Part shown: one piece after another, positions 34,497 to 44,926 of the stretch
Layout of the letters: every line of letters starts with the position of its first letter
Position numbering within the stretch: position 1 is the first letter of the stretch
Source: an uncultured Nitrososphaeraceae archaeon
GTDB taxonomy: Archaea; Thermoproteota; Nitrososphaeria; Nitrososphaerales; Nitrososphaeraceae
DNA length: 64,000 nt
Reading direction: 5' to 3'
Assembly: GCA_963779615.1 (NCBI GenBank)
Contig: CAVZZA010000003.1
Coordinates: 192,001 to 256,000, forward strand
Program-made: the position numbers and the translations under genes
The notes under the pieces: model-generated
The model's input: only the letters and a program-made list of their open reading frames with translations
Databases searched by the model: none
What the model was told of the DNA's origin: nothing

Positions 34497-34784
34497 CTAG
34501 CCGTGTTCATGACCTAAACATCCAAGAATTGCATCTGTCATAGATTCCAGATCAAAACCAAACGCCTCAGAGCCGCTCAGGCATTTTTCGACCTTTTGTC
34601 CAATAGAGTCCTTATCTAACTTTGCGCCAATCAAACCGACCTCAAGTGTGTCCAAACTTTCCTCCGGGTAAAGAAAAAAATCCCCTGTTATTGTTATAGA
34701 GTCAATTGTTTTACTGTGCTCATCATATTCCAGTGAAACCTTGATCAATTTTTTTGATTTGTATATATTATTTGCCTTTCTCAC
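34497..34784 (-). CDS. Lipoate ligase accessory (C-terminal domain) subunit, LplB-like
   Basis: KLIKV..ITITGDFFLYPEE; stand-alone and adjacent to lplA. Confidence 0.85.
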   Translation of the reverse strand: MRKANNIYKSKKLIKVSLEYDEHSKTIDSITITGDFFLYPEESLDTLEVGLIGAKLDKDSIGQKVEKCLSGSEAFGFDLESMTDAILGCLGHEHG

Positions 34785-34850
34785 TTATCATTCCACTACC
34801 CGCATCTTTTCAAAAGACAAGCAAATCCTCCCTACCTGTCTGCCTACCCT

Positions 34851-36311
34851 TCACCGTCTTTTTTCATCATGTTGTGAAGGTATGGTCCATCTTAAGTTCG
34901 GCTTTCGCGCTGCTGCAACCTCGTCTAGCCTACCAATTGATTTTGTGTATGGAGATCCCTTGGCAATATCGGGGTTTTCCTTAATCTCATCTGCTATGCT
35001 TCTTAATGCCGATGCAAACCTATCCAGCGTTTCTTTGCTTTCTGTTTCGGTGGGCTCAATCATCAATGCTTCGCGAACAATCAGGGGAAAATAAATAGTA
35101 GGTGGGTGAAAACCATAATCCATGAGCCTCTTCGCAATGTTTAAAGCGCTCTTTTCGCCAAATTTCCTGGAAGATAAGACAAATTCATGAGCACACCTTC
35201 GGTCATACGGAAGTTCGTATGTATCGTTTAACAGACTGAGAAGGTAATTGGCATTCAAAATCGCGTGTTCAGATACCTTTCTCATATTTGTGCCCCATGA
35301 CTTGATATAGCAATAAGCTCTGACCAGCATTCCAAAGTTTCCATAAGAATACCTGACCCTTCCCACAGATTTCCTTAGGGTATAATCCAGGGTTAACTTG
35401 TTGTCTTGCTTTGTTACCCGTGGCAATGGCAAATAATCCTCCAGGAACGACTTTACCCCTACACTTCCTGCTCCAGGGCCTCCGCCACCATGCGGAGTTG
35501 AAAAGGTCTTGTGAAGGTTCAAGTGAATCATGTCAAACCCCTGGTCGCTCGGCCTGGTTATTCCAAGTAGCGCATTCATGTTTGCACCATCACAATACAT
35601 TAAAGCCCCATTGCCATGTGCAAGGTCACTAATCTCCAGAATCTTTTCTTCAAAAAGTCCAAGGGTATTAGGATTTGTTAGCATGACAAGCGCCACATCA
35701 TGTGTAAGTGACTCCTTGAATTTGCAAATATCCATGTTGCCCCGGGAGTCAGAGGGGATGGTAATGGTATCAAACTTGCACATGCCCGCAGTTGCAGGGT
35801 TTGTGCCATGGGCAGAATCAGGGATAATTATTTTCGTTCTTTTTTCATTCTTTTGCCTAAAGTAAGCCTTTGTTATCATAATGCCTAAAAGCTCACCCTG
35901 TGCTCCGGCTGCAGGCTGCAGTGAAAAGGCGTCCATGCCTGTAATTTTCTTCAAGTCTTGTTCAAATTCCCACATCAATTGCAGCGATCCCTGAGTGCAG
36001 CTTTCATGAGAAAGGGGATGAAGATCCATGAATCCACCCAGCCTTGCGATATCCTCATTTATCTTCGGGTTGTACTTCATTGTACATGAACCCAGTGGGT
36101 AAAATCCAAGGTCGATACCAAAATTTTTTCTTGACATGTTGGTGTAGTGTCTTACAACACTGATCTCGCTCACATTTGGAAGGGGAAGTTCTTTTCGGAT
36201 CAGGTCTTTTGGCAGTCCGGTAAGAATGTCTTCAACCCCTTCTTTTTGGTTGTCATCAACACCACGCACATGTCCTGTGGCTTGTTCTTCGTATTCGAAT
36301 ATCAGCTTCAC
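34851..36311 (-). CDS. gcvPB: Glycine decarboxylase P protein, subunit 2
   Basis: YPLGSCTMKYNP, QPAAGAQGE, SAHGTNPA and PLP lysine motif HLNLHKTFSTPHGGGGPG. The GTG start overlaps the gcvPA TGA. Confidence 0.95.
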   Translation of the reverse strand: MKLIFEYEEQATGHVRGVDDNQKEGVEDILTGLPKDLIRKELPLPNVSEISVVRHYTNMSRKNFGIDLGFYPLGSCTMKYNPKINEDIARLGGFMDLHPLSHESCTQGSLQLMWEFEQDLKKITGMDAFSLQPAAGAQGELLGIMITKAYFRQKNEKRTKIIIPDSAHGTNPATAGMCKFDTITIPSDSRGNMDICKFKESLTHDVALVMLTNPNTLGLFEEKILEISDLAHGNGALMYCDGANMNALLGITRPSDQGFDMIHLNLHKTFSTPHGGGGPGAGSVGVKSFLEDYLPLPRVTKQDNKLTLDYTLRKSVGRVRYSYGNFGMLVRAYCYIKSWGTNMRKVSEHAILNANYLLSLLNDTYELPYDRRCAHEFVLSSRKFGEKSALNIAKRLMDYGFHPPTIYFPLIVREALMIEPTETESKETLDRFASALRSIADEIKENPDIAKGSPYTKSIGRLDEVAAARKPNLRWTIPSQHDEKRR

Positions 36312-37591
36312 TTTCTTAGTGTCCCCTTTGTTACTGAAATAAAAGATTCTATGTCTTGAACTGTGTTCATCTCGGTGCAGCAAATTAACATCTTATCCTC
36401 ATCCAAATTGAGGCCCCCAAGAATCCCATTTTTGAGCAGGCTTGAGGAAATGTTTTCAGAGGAACCCTGAGGCGCACTCACAATGAACTCGTTGTAGAAT
36501 GGCTTTTTGTTTAGGGTTGTGAATCCACATCTCCTCAATTTATCGTGCAATAGGTGTGCCCTACTGTAAGAGAGTTTGGCAACATTGGTTAGCCCATCCC
36601 TGCCCATAAGAGCCAAATAAATAGTCGATGCTAGAGCCATCAATGCCACATTTGTTGTTATGTTGCTCGTGGCCCTTTCTCTTCGTATATGCTGCTCGCG
36701 AGCTTGAAATGTCAGCACAAAGCCTTTGTTTCCCTTGGAGTCTGTGGTCATGCCGCAAATTCTTCCGGGGATTTTCTTTAATAAAAAATCCCTGACACCA
36801 ATAAACCCAAGATACGGGCCACCAAAATTTATTGGAATGCCAAATGACTGTCCTTCGCCAACTACTATATCTGCACCATAGTTTCCAGGAGGTTCCAGTA
36901 TTGCGAGTGAGGTAGGCTCTACTACACAGGTAATAAAGAGCGCGCCGACTCTGTGTGCCTGTTCGGACACGTACTGCAAATTCTCAACGTTTCCGTAGAA
37001 ATCAGGGTTCTGCGCAATCACACATGCCGTATTCTCATCAATCTCATTTGAGAGTTTGAGGTCCGCTACCTCAAAGTACGTTTTTAGAACTTCAAGATAT
37101 TGAGGGTTGAGGCCATCCTTTACAAAAACGCAATTCCTTCCGCTATATGATGAACAGAGCAATACTGCCTCTGCCAATGCAGATGAACCATCATACATGG
37201 AAGCATTGGCCACATCCATGCCTGTAAGCAGGCATATGAACGATTGGAATTCGTACATAGCATGCAGGGTTCCCTGACTCATTTCTGCCTGATATGGCGT
37301 ATAGCCTGTAAGGAATTCTCCCCTCAATAACAAATGGTTTACTGCAGACGGGATATAATGGTGGTAAGATCCACCTCCAATAAAGTATTTCATGATCTTG
37401 TTCTTTAGGGATAGATTCGTCATATGTGCCCCAAGCTCAAGCTCACTCATTGGGTCAGAGAGATCCAGTTCTTGATTAAAAAGTGGCTTGAAATCCACTG
37501 TTAAGTCATTTATCGATCTTACCCCAATTTGCCTTAACATGTCTTCTCTATCTTTTTTAGTTGTAGGTATGTAGTTCATAATAATTGACAT
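36308..37591 (-). CDS. gcvPA: Glycine decarboxylase P protein, subunit 1
   Basis: YTPYQAEMSQG, NASMYDG, FGGPYLG and REQHIRRERATSNI. Confidence 0.95.
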   Translation of the reverse strand: MSIIMNYIPTTKKDREDMLRQIGVRSINDLTVDFKPLFNQELDLSDPMSELELGAHMTNLSLKNKIMKYFIGGGSYHHYIPSAVNHLLLRGEFLTGYTPYQAEMSQGTLHAMYEFQSFICLLTGMDVANASMYDGSSALAEAVLLCSSYSGRNCVFVKDGLNPQYLEVLKTYFEVADLKLSNEIDENTACVIAQNPDFYGNVENLQYVSEQAHRVGALFITCVVEPTSLAILEPPGNYGADIVVGEGQSFGIPINFGGPYLGFIGVRDFLLKKIPGRICGMTTDSKGNKGFVLTFQAREQHIRRERATSNITTNVALMALASTIYLALMGRDGLTNVAKLSYSRAHLLHDKLRRCGFTTLNKKPFYNEFIVSAPQGSSENISSSLLKNGILGGLNLDEDKMLICCTEMNTVQDIESFISVTKGTLRK

Positions 37592-37621
37592 CCAACCCGT
37601 TCTTTCATCTTTTCCTTCTTC

Positions 37622-38011
37622 TTATTCCTTTTCCATTTCGCCAACGAACTTGTTATATTGCTCACTTGTCATCAAACTTTTAAGCTCTTCATCCATATTC
37701 GAGGGTTTCATTTTCACAATCCAACCCAATTCGTGCGGGGATTGGTTTACCAGTTCGGGATGCTCAAGCAACTCCTCGTTGACATCCACAACCTCTCCGC
37801 TCAGGGCACAGTATATGTCAGAAGAGGCCTTTACCGAGTCAATTATAGCCATTGTTTCCATGTACCTAAATACACTGCCGACCCTTGGCAACTCTATCGA
37901 AACTATATCCCCTATCTGTCTTTGAGCAAAATCTGAAATCCCCATAACAGCAATTCCTTCCTGTATTATAATCCATTCGTGCTCTTTTGTAAATCTTGTT
38001 CCCTCATTCAC
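37622..38011 (-). CDS. gcvH: Glycine cleavage H protein
   Basis: FTKEHEWI, GISDFAQ and lipoyl lysine in DSVKASSDIY. Confidence 0.95.
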   Translation of the reverse strand: MNEGTRFTKEHEWIIIQEGIAVMGISDFAQRQIGDIVSIELPRVGSVFRYMETMAIIDSVKASSDIYCALSGEVVDVNEELLEHPELVNQSPHELGWIVKMKPSNMDEELKSLMTSEQYNKFVGEMEKE

Positions 38012-38043
38012 AGAGATCTATTTTTAATGTTCTATAAAAAATC

Positions 38044-39108
38044 TTATTTTCTCCTATAGAAGCGTGTGCTGCTAACTTTTGCTTTATACAATTTACCGCT
38101 AATATTAATTTCAATTAATTGGTTTGGCAAAACACGTATAGGAACAAAGCAAAAGCCAATGGATTTTTTTATAGTTGGTGAAAAGCTTCCGCTCGTCACA
38201 AAACCCGCCTTCTCCCCATCAACTAATACTTCGTTTCCGTGCCTAGCTATCCTTTTTTCCTGAACCTCAAACCCCACAAGCTTTCTGTTTATCTGCTGAG
38301 TCAATAATGCTTCCCTTCCAATGAACTCTTTCTTATCAAACTTTACCGTCCATTTAAGGGGAACCTCTAATGGAGTAGTATTTTCGTTAATGTCATTTCC
38401 ATAAAGCATTAGACCAGCCTCCAATCTGAGCGTGTCTCTGGCACCCAAGCCGTTCGGTTTGATGTTAAATCTGGAACCTGACTGCATGAGCTTGTTCCAA
38501 ATATCCATTTTTGAAGAATCAAAGAACAGCTCAAAACCATCTTCTCCCGTATAACCAGTCCTTGATATCACGCATTCTATTCCAAAAACCTTTGCAATAG
38601 CAATACCAAAGGGTTTTAAGAGATCCAGGTTTACGCCAACCATTGTTTTCTCAAGGACCTTTTGTGCAAGAGGCCCCTGGAGTGCCAGAAGAGCAGTTTT
38701 GTTACTAATGTTTTCAACAACAGCTGACTTTGAGTGCTTAACAATCCAATCCAGATCCCCTTCCCTGTTTGAGGCATTGACCACAACAAGAAATTTCTCC
38801 CTGCTTATTCTGTATATGATTAGATCGTCAATTATTCCACCATTATCATGGCATATGGGAGAATAGAGTGCCTGATGGTCGTCTAGTTTAGAAATGTCAT
38901 TAGTTACTAACGTTTGTATACAATCATAGGCATAGGAGCCTTTAACCTCAAAACGGCCCATGTGTGAGACATCAAACAGACCAACGTTTGTTCTGGTGTT
39001 GATATGCTCGTCAATTATTCCTGAATATTGCAGAGGCATTTCCCATCCATGAAAGCTCAGCATTTTTGCTTCAAGCGACCTGTGAATGTCATAAAAAGGT
39101 GTTTTCAT
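38044..39108 (-). CDS. gcvT: Aminomethyltransferase (T protein)
   Basis: GWEMPLQY, FDVSHMG, SRTGYTGEDGFE and GLGARDTLRLEAG. Confidence 0.96.
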   Translation of the reverse strand: MKTPFYDIHRSLEAKMLSFHGWEMPLQYSGIIDEHINTRTNVGLFDVSHMGRFEVKGSYAYDCIQTLVTNDISKLDDHQALYSPICHDNGGIIDDLIIYRISREKFLVVVNASNREGDLDWIVKHSKSAVVENISNKTALLALQGPLAQKVLEKTMVGVNLDLLKPFGIAIAKVFGIECVISRTGYTGEDGFELFFDSSKMDIWNKLMQSGSRFNIKPNGLGARDTLRLEAGLMLYGNDINENTTPLEVPLKWTVKFDKKEFIGREALLTQQINRKLVGFEVQEKRIARHGNEVLVDGEKAGFVTSGSFSPTIKKSIGFCFVPIRVLPNQLIEINISGKLYKAKVSSTRFYRRK

Positions 39109-39194
39109 GTGTATGTAAGCCAGATAATAATTAACGAATGATGTGTTTAACTCTTATTATTATGATTGTTGATTGATTACAAAGGCGTGTAAAA
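39109..39194. promoter_or_regulatory. Divergent promoter region between gcvT and lipA
   Basis: 86-bp AT-rich gap between head-to-head genes, with ATAATAA/TTATTAT inverted elements. Exact TATA boxes not assigned. Confidence 0.45.
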
Positions 39195-40079
39195 GTGGAC
39201 CTAATAAAAAAACCAGTGTGGCTTAGAGCGAGAGCACCATCCGGAGAAAACTATACAAAGGTTAAACAATCACTCAGGTCACTAGACCTTCATACCGTTT
39301 GTGAGGAAGCTAGATGCCCCAACATATCAGAGTGCTGGGGAACAGGTACAGCCACAATCATGATTATGGGGGACACATGCAGCAGAGGCTGCAGATTTTG
39401 TGCTGTCAATAGCGGCAAGCCAGTTTTACTTGATGCAGAGGAGCCCAAAAGAGTGGCCAAGGCAATCAAAGAATGGGGATTGAGATATGTGGTAATCACC
39501 TCCGTTTGTAGAGACGACCTAAAGGATGGAGGAGCAGACCACATAGCCAAAACAATCAAAGCCATAAAGGATCTGTGCCCAAAAATAATAGTAGAACCGC
39601 TCATCCCAGACTTCAGGGGAAATGAGGATTCAATAAAAAAGGTGGTGGAATCAAAGCCGGAGGTTATAAGTCACAACATAGAAACCGTAAGCAGACTCAC
39701 GCCCAAAGTCAGGGATGCCAGAGCGTCATATGAACAATCTCTCCTGGTCCTAAAGAAAATCAAGGATATCGATTCAGCAGTCTTCACAAAGTCCTCCATA
39801 ATGCTTGGTCTTGGTGAAAACGAAAAAGAGGTTATTCAGACAATAATGGATCTGAGATCGGTCGGGGTCAACATATTAACTTTGGGCCAATACCTTCAGC
39901 CGAATCCAAAGTATTTGCCAGTTGCCGAATATGTCACACCAGAAAAATTTAACTGGTTTAGGGAAATTGCAGAGTCAATGGGGTTTGCCTATGTAGCTTC
40001 CGGCCCACTTGTTAGGAGTTCTTACAGAGCAGGCGAGTTTTTTGTAGAAAAAATTGTAGGCAGGAATAAAGGAGTCTAA
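39195..40079 (+). CDS. lipA: Lipoyl synthase
   Basis: CEEARCPNISEC (CX4CX5C), CSRGCRFC (radical SAM) and RSSY. Confidence 0.96.
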   Translation: MDLIKKPVWLRARAPSGENYTKVKQSLRSLDLHTVCEEARCPNISECWGTGTATIMIMGDTCSRGCRFCAVNSGKPVLLDAEEPKRVAKAIKEWGLRYVVITSVCRDDLKDGGADHIAKTIKAIKDLCPKIIVEPLIPDFRGNEDSIKKVVESKPEVISHNIETVSRLTPKVRDARASYEQSLLVLKKIKDIDSAVFTKSSIMLGLGENEKEVIQTIMDLRSVGVNILTLGQYLQPNPKYLPVAEYVTPEKFNWFREIAESMGFAYVASGPLVRSSYRAGEFFVEKIVGRNKGV

Positions 40080-40833
40080 ACGTTGCCTAACCACACCATA
40101 CTTACAAAATGCAAAATATAATGGCACAACAGATAAAGAATACAAAAGATAACGTGCGGAAAATATAAATCGCCTTTGATACGATTTATACTCATCTCTC
40201 CCAGAAGTAGTCTTTTAACAAATCATTGTCAAACAACATAATATTACAAGGACGCATACGATCCCATGCCATTATTGGGCCCAAGGGGTTTAGTAATAGG
40301 TACATTACGGGCCTAAATTTTCGGTTTTATAATTGCGACACCAATCCTTATCATCTTACCATCACTTTTTTTGGTTATTGCCAGATCACATGGAAAAATT
40401 CTTGTCACTTTATCACAATGCAATGAGCAACGCACCTAATCCACAGGTTGTAGCCAATGAGACAATCCCAGCAGTAGAAATGGTTTAATGGAAATAAATC
40501 CTAATTCACTCAAAGAGTAACAGCGGAAATGGCTCCAAAAAATATTCTAAATTTAAAAAGGACCCATCGGAAAACGAATTTCACGAAATGCTAATGGAAG
40601 ACCAGCTAAAGCAGGCCAAATTATTTCCATGGCACTTCATCATTTAATGATTATCATGGCAAGAAAGCAAAAAGCAAGCGAACAGAGCCGGTCCTGATAC
40701 TTTAATATATTTAACAAAGAACATTACATTGGTTATTTTAGACAGAGCACAAATACGCATTAATGTTGTAAATATGCCATAGCTCCAAGATACACAAATA
40801 AAAATGGGCTTGTGTTAACAAGTATGGTAATCG

Positions 40834-41891
40834 TTAATGTTCTTGAAAAATTAATGAAATTGGAAAATGATCACTAAACCCCTCCTTATTCATATAGCTT
40901 GGTTTCCCGCATTTTGTGGGTCTCCCGAATTTTTTGGGTACCTCATATGAATATCTTTCCTCATATAGAACGTATTCCCCTATCTTTTTGTTTACCTTAA
41001 CTGAACCATCTTTGACGCCTACTTTATTCACAAAAGCTATGGATTTTGAAACCATAAACTGGTCAAGCATATTGGGATAGGTTGTATACTTGTCGAAACA
41101 AGGGTCTGGTTCTTTTTTACCAAAGTAATAGGTAGCGAGACCCCGATTAACCAAAGACCACATCAGATTATAAAAGAAAGGAACATGTTCTGATTTTTCC
41201 AGTTGCTCTTTATAAGGGGTAGAAAACGCATAATCCATCAATGATCTGCTAAATGGCATGTCATTGAAGTCTCCCATTACTATTATTGGAATATCGTCTC
41301 CAAGTTCTTCCAAAATGCGTTTATGGAAATAGGACAAAGCATCTGCAGCAGCTATTCTATAAGGTTCAGTGATAAGTTCTCCGATAGTCCTGGACGGCCA
41401 ATGATTTCCTATTAGTACCTATTTGAGTACCCTGACGTTTTTATCCTAAAGTTTACTTGTAGGATGTTACGAGTAGCTTCCTCCCTTAAGACTTGGTGTG
41501 AAAATACAAGGTCTTTACCCGTTTGATTGTGTTTTGCTATTTCAAATTTTGAAGCGTCGTAAATAAATCCAACTTCAATGCCCCTTTTGTCGTCATATTC
41601 CTCATGCACAACCTGATAATTCCGAGGAACGAAGTTCTTTATTTTAGTTACCAACTTATTTACCACGGGTCCATCTTCCACCTCACAAACTCCTATTATG
41701 TCTGGACCATTGCCATGGTTCATCTTTGATATGATTTTTGCCAGTTGAGAGATTTTGGTAATTAGAACTTTTTCGTTCCACCCTATTAGCTCATCTTTTA
41801 AAACCTCTTTTAACCGGCTAGATCTTTCAGTAGAGTTTTCTATATCAAAAAGATTTTCTACATTCCACCACGCTACAAAATATTTATCCAT
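40834..41891 (-). pseudogene. Endonuclease/exonuclease/phosphatase family nuclease, frameshifted
   Basis: WNVENLFD and GVCEVE in the first ORF; NHWPSR, MGDFND and SDHFPI in the second frame. The shift is near 41420. Confidence 0.85.
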
Positions 41892-42169
41892 GTTTCAAAT
41901 AAAAAGACGCATATGGTATAAAAATAACAAAACAGTATAGTTTTTTTTATGATTTTACAGTAATGCTTTGTTGCACGGTTACATTAAATCGTTTCTGTTG
42001 GCGATTTGATTTATCACCCTAATACACAATGATAGCATAATTTAACGCGATTTTATAAAAATACGGCCCAGGTTTAGATGTTTTTTGAGTCATGTAACAA
42101 GCATAGCCAATACACCTTTGCAATTAAATGGATAGGAAAGGTTTCTTGGCAATATCTTTTACCGTGAAT

Positions 42170-42400
42170 TTTGTGTTTCATCCAAAAATGGTTCTATGAT
42201 TGCTGTAAACTTTTCTGGATGTTGCCAAAGATAACTACTTGATGATTTTTTGGTAGTTCTTGTAAATATATGAGGGCCAAACACCCATTACATTACCACT
42301 TCCACTAATTAGTAAAACAGGTTCACCGTTACCAAACATCTTGCATGCGATGTCTATGTCTCCAACATGGACTTTTTCTGTCTGCATGTCCTGCATTTTC
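42170..42400 (-). pseudogene. Alpha/beta hydrolase relic with an internal deletion
   Basis: EKVHVGDIDIACKMFGNGEPVLLISG is joined to C-terminal WQHPEKFTAIIEPFL. Confidence 0.6.
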
Positions 42401-42837
42401 ACCGAAATTTTTATACTGAATTCACTAGGTTTTTATCTGATTTACTGAAGACCGCATTAGGAGTGTCAATATAACCATTATTACTGATCAAGGAACTAGG
42501 GACAAGAGGCACAATGCGAAAACAAGAAGAAAGACTGATCTTGTGACCGCATTCTTCCTAACAGGCATATTAACGGGCGTGACTCTCGATGCGCCATGCG
42601 TTATTTAAGCATGCAGGATTACCAATTTGGCTGGTCATAAGGATTCAAGGGCTAGCCCTGTTACTGATAACGGGATTATCAATTAATAACCACTTGGAGA
42701 TTCAGAAGTAGAAAAAAATTTTCCTACAATCCTCATAGTCAATCTATGTGTACAATACAATAGAACAATTTTACTGAAAATCTTAAGGGAAAGATCTTTA
42801 AATCCACATTTAGGCAATATAATCATATGATAAGGTA

Positions 42838-43329
42838 TTGCAGATATACCCAAATTTCATCGATGCATTAAATAAAAAAGCATTGACTCTTTACAGGCTC
42901 CAGCAATACGACAAAGCCTTGGAAAAACTCGATGAGGCTATTTCAATGGACACCAACAATTCACACGCATATAATCTGAAGGGTCTTGCTTTAATGAATT
43001 GTAACCGATATTCGGAAGCTCTTTCAGCTTTTGATAAGTCCATAGAGATTGATTCCAAATATTTGGCACCTTTAAAAAACAAAGGCATTGTGTCCATGAA
43101 AAATCAAAAATATAATGAAGCGATAGACATTTTCACTAATGCATTGCAAATCGATCCCATAGATCAATTTGCAATGGATGCTAAGAGTACTGCAATGCAT
43201 CTATTAAACCTGTATTCCAGATTATATGTGATTGATGAAGCAAGCGAAATGAAGTCAGGACCAGATGGATTGTCTGAGTATTGCGGGACTCATGGGAAAA
43301 AAGGGGCCCACTCTAGCCATAACAATTAA
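42838..43329 (+). CDS. TPR repeat protein, possibly 5'-truncated
   Basis: Three TPR units, e.g. AYNLKGLAL..YSEALSAFDKSIEIDS. Confidence 0.75.
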   Translation: MQIYPNFIDALNKKALTLYRLQQYDKALEKLDEAISMDTNNSHAYNLKGLALMNCNRYSEALSAFDKSIEIDSKYLAPLKNKGIVSMKNQKYNEAIDIFTNALQIDPIDQFAMDAKSTAMHLLNLYSRLYVIDEASEMKSGPDGLSEYCGTHGKKGAHSSHNN

Positions 43330-43840
43330 ACAGCAATCCCATAAAATTACAATAGCTTTAAGGGATTTGGTAACAGGCATATCATTATGAGTCCACACTA
43401 AAGTCTTGTAAATCAGTCTTTTCCAAACGTGTTTTTTGCCAATTTACTTGCAAACAACAAACCAGTTTTTTAACATACACTTATTATTTGCAACTAATTC
43501 AATTCTCATTTTAGGGACCCATCTAAAAAGATGCAGAAATGCACTGGACTGAGTGGGATCAGCATTGGTATTGAATCCTAGCAAAGATCCAACAAATCTG
43601 AGTATGATTATCGCTAAAATGGACATCATCTGGTAAAGAATTGTTTTTGCATCAAATTTTTTGAAGAGTAATTAATATAAACCACATTGAATAGAAAATA
43701 TGAGTGTCATCCGGTATTAATTTGTGTAATTTTGAATTGCATCAACCTTGAAAATTTGATTTGTTGGGAAATCTGTAAATATGCCATATATTGCTAAATT
43801 TAATAACAATCCAGAAATACAAATGATTTCATGGTAACTA

Positions 43841-44314
43841 TTGTTGTTGGAAGAAATTAGCATAGAAGGTTATTTTGGGATTGGTGAAGCAATAGGAATT
43901 ATCTCCACCTTATTTGTTATCCTTTATTTTTCACGAAAACAAATGCAGAGTTTAACAGTTGATTTGGAAACAAAGATCCTAAATGATTTGGATGACAAGA
44001 TAAACGGATTAACCCGGATGATGGTGGACAGTCCTGAATTAATTAAGGTAGTAAGCAAATCAGAATCGCATTTTACACCGGATTTAGCATTTAGTTATCA
44101 CGTATTATATACATTTGCACACGCTTTCCATATGCGACAACGTGGAGTGGTGAGAGATAATGAATGGCATGGATGGTTCAGGTATATAAAATCTGCGTTT
44201 CAACATGGCGAGATATATGACATATGGAAGAATAACATAGAATTGGAAAAATGGTTTGATCCTGCTTTTCAGGAATTCATTAACGACGAAATAATTCCCG
44301 TTGTCAGGAAGTAG
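43841..44314 (+). CDS. Conserved hypothetical single-TM protein
   Basis: N-terminal TM; FAHAFHMRQRGVVRDNEWHGW..WFDPAFQEFIN. Confidence 0.7.
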   Translation: MLLEEISIEGYFGIGEAIGIISTLFVILYFSRKQMQSLTVDLETKILNDLDDKINGLTRMMVDSPELIKVVSKSESHFTPDLAFSYHVLYTFAHAFHMRQRGVVRDNEWHGWFRYIKSAFQHGEIYDIWKNNIELEKWFDPAFQEFINDEIIPVVRK

Positions 44315-44926
44315 GTAGTTTGAATAAAATATGTGTGGAGATGGTGAACAATGACTCTTTAAAAAGACTTGACAATCAGTGCCATGTGGGAATTGCAGAA
44401 AATTTAAAGGAATGAAATTATTGCGAGAGTTTCTTTCAATTAGATTCATTAACCAACAAATATCTTCCACATTGGACCTTTTTTTGTTTTGAATGATCCA
44501 AGACAAACCATCGGATCATATTTCTTCAGATGATTGTGAAATGAGTGAATTTGAAAGGGTGGAAAGACGGAGTAAATACACATGATAAAATGGAAATTTT
44601 TCAAATACATACATCAAATATAAACCAAAAGAGTCAAGTCCAAAATGGAAAAGAGCAGATAGGTTGATAAATAAATCTGAGTAATGGGTTTTATTGCCAT
44701 CAACGATATTCTGAGCTAAAGGAAGTATCTCCTTATGATCTTGCAGTTGTTTTAAGAACACTTTCCATGGTTTTTCAGTCTATCTCCTTTTTTCTTTTCT
44801 GGCCTTGTGTAATGCCAGGCTTCCCTACGATTTGATTGGACTCAAATCAATGTTCTCTGGCATTTCGGAGGATTCAAGGGTTTGCAAATTTGCTGGCAGA
44901 TAACCCTCCACAGTTGACCTCCTGAA

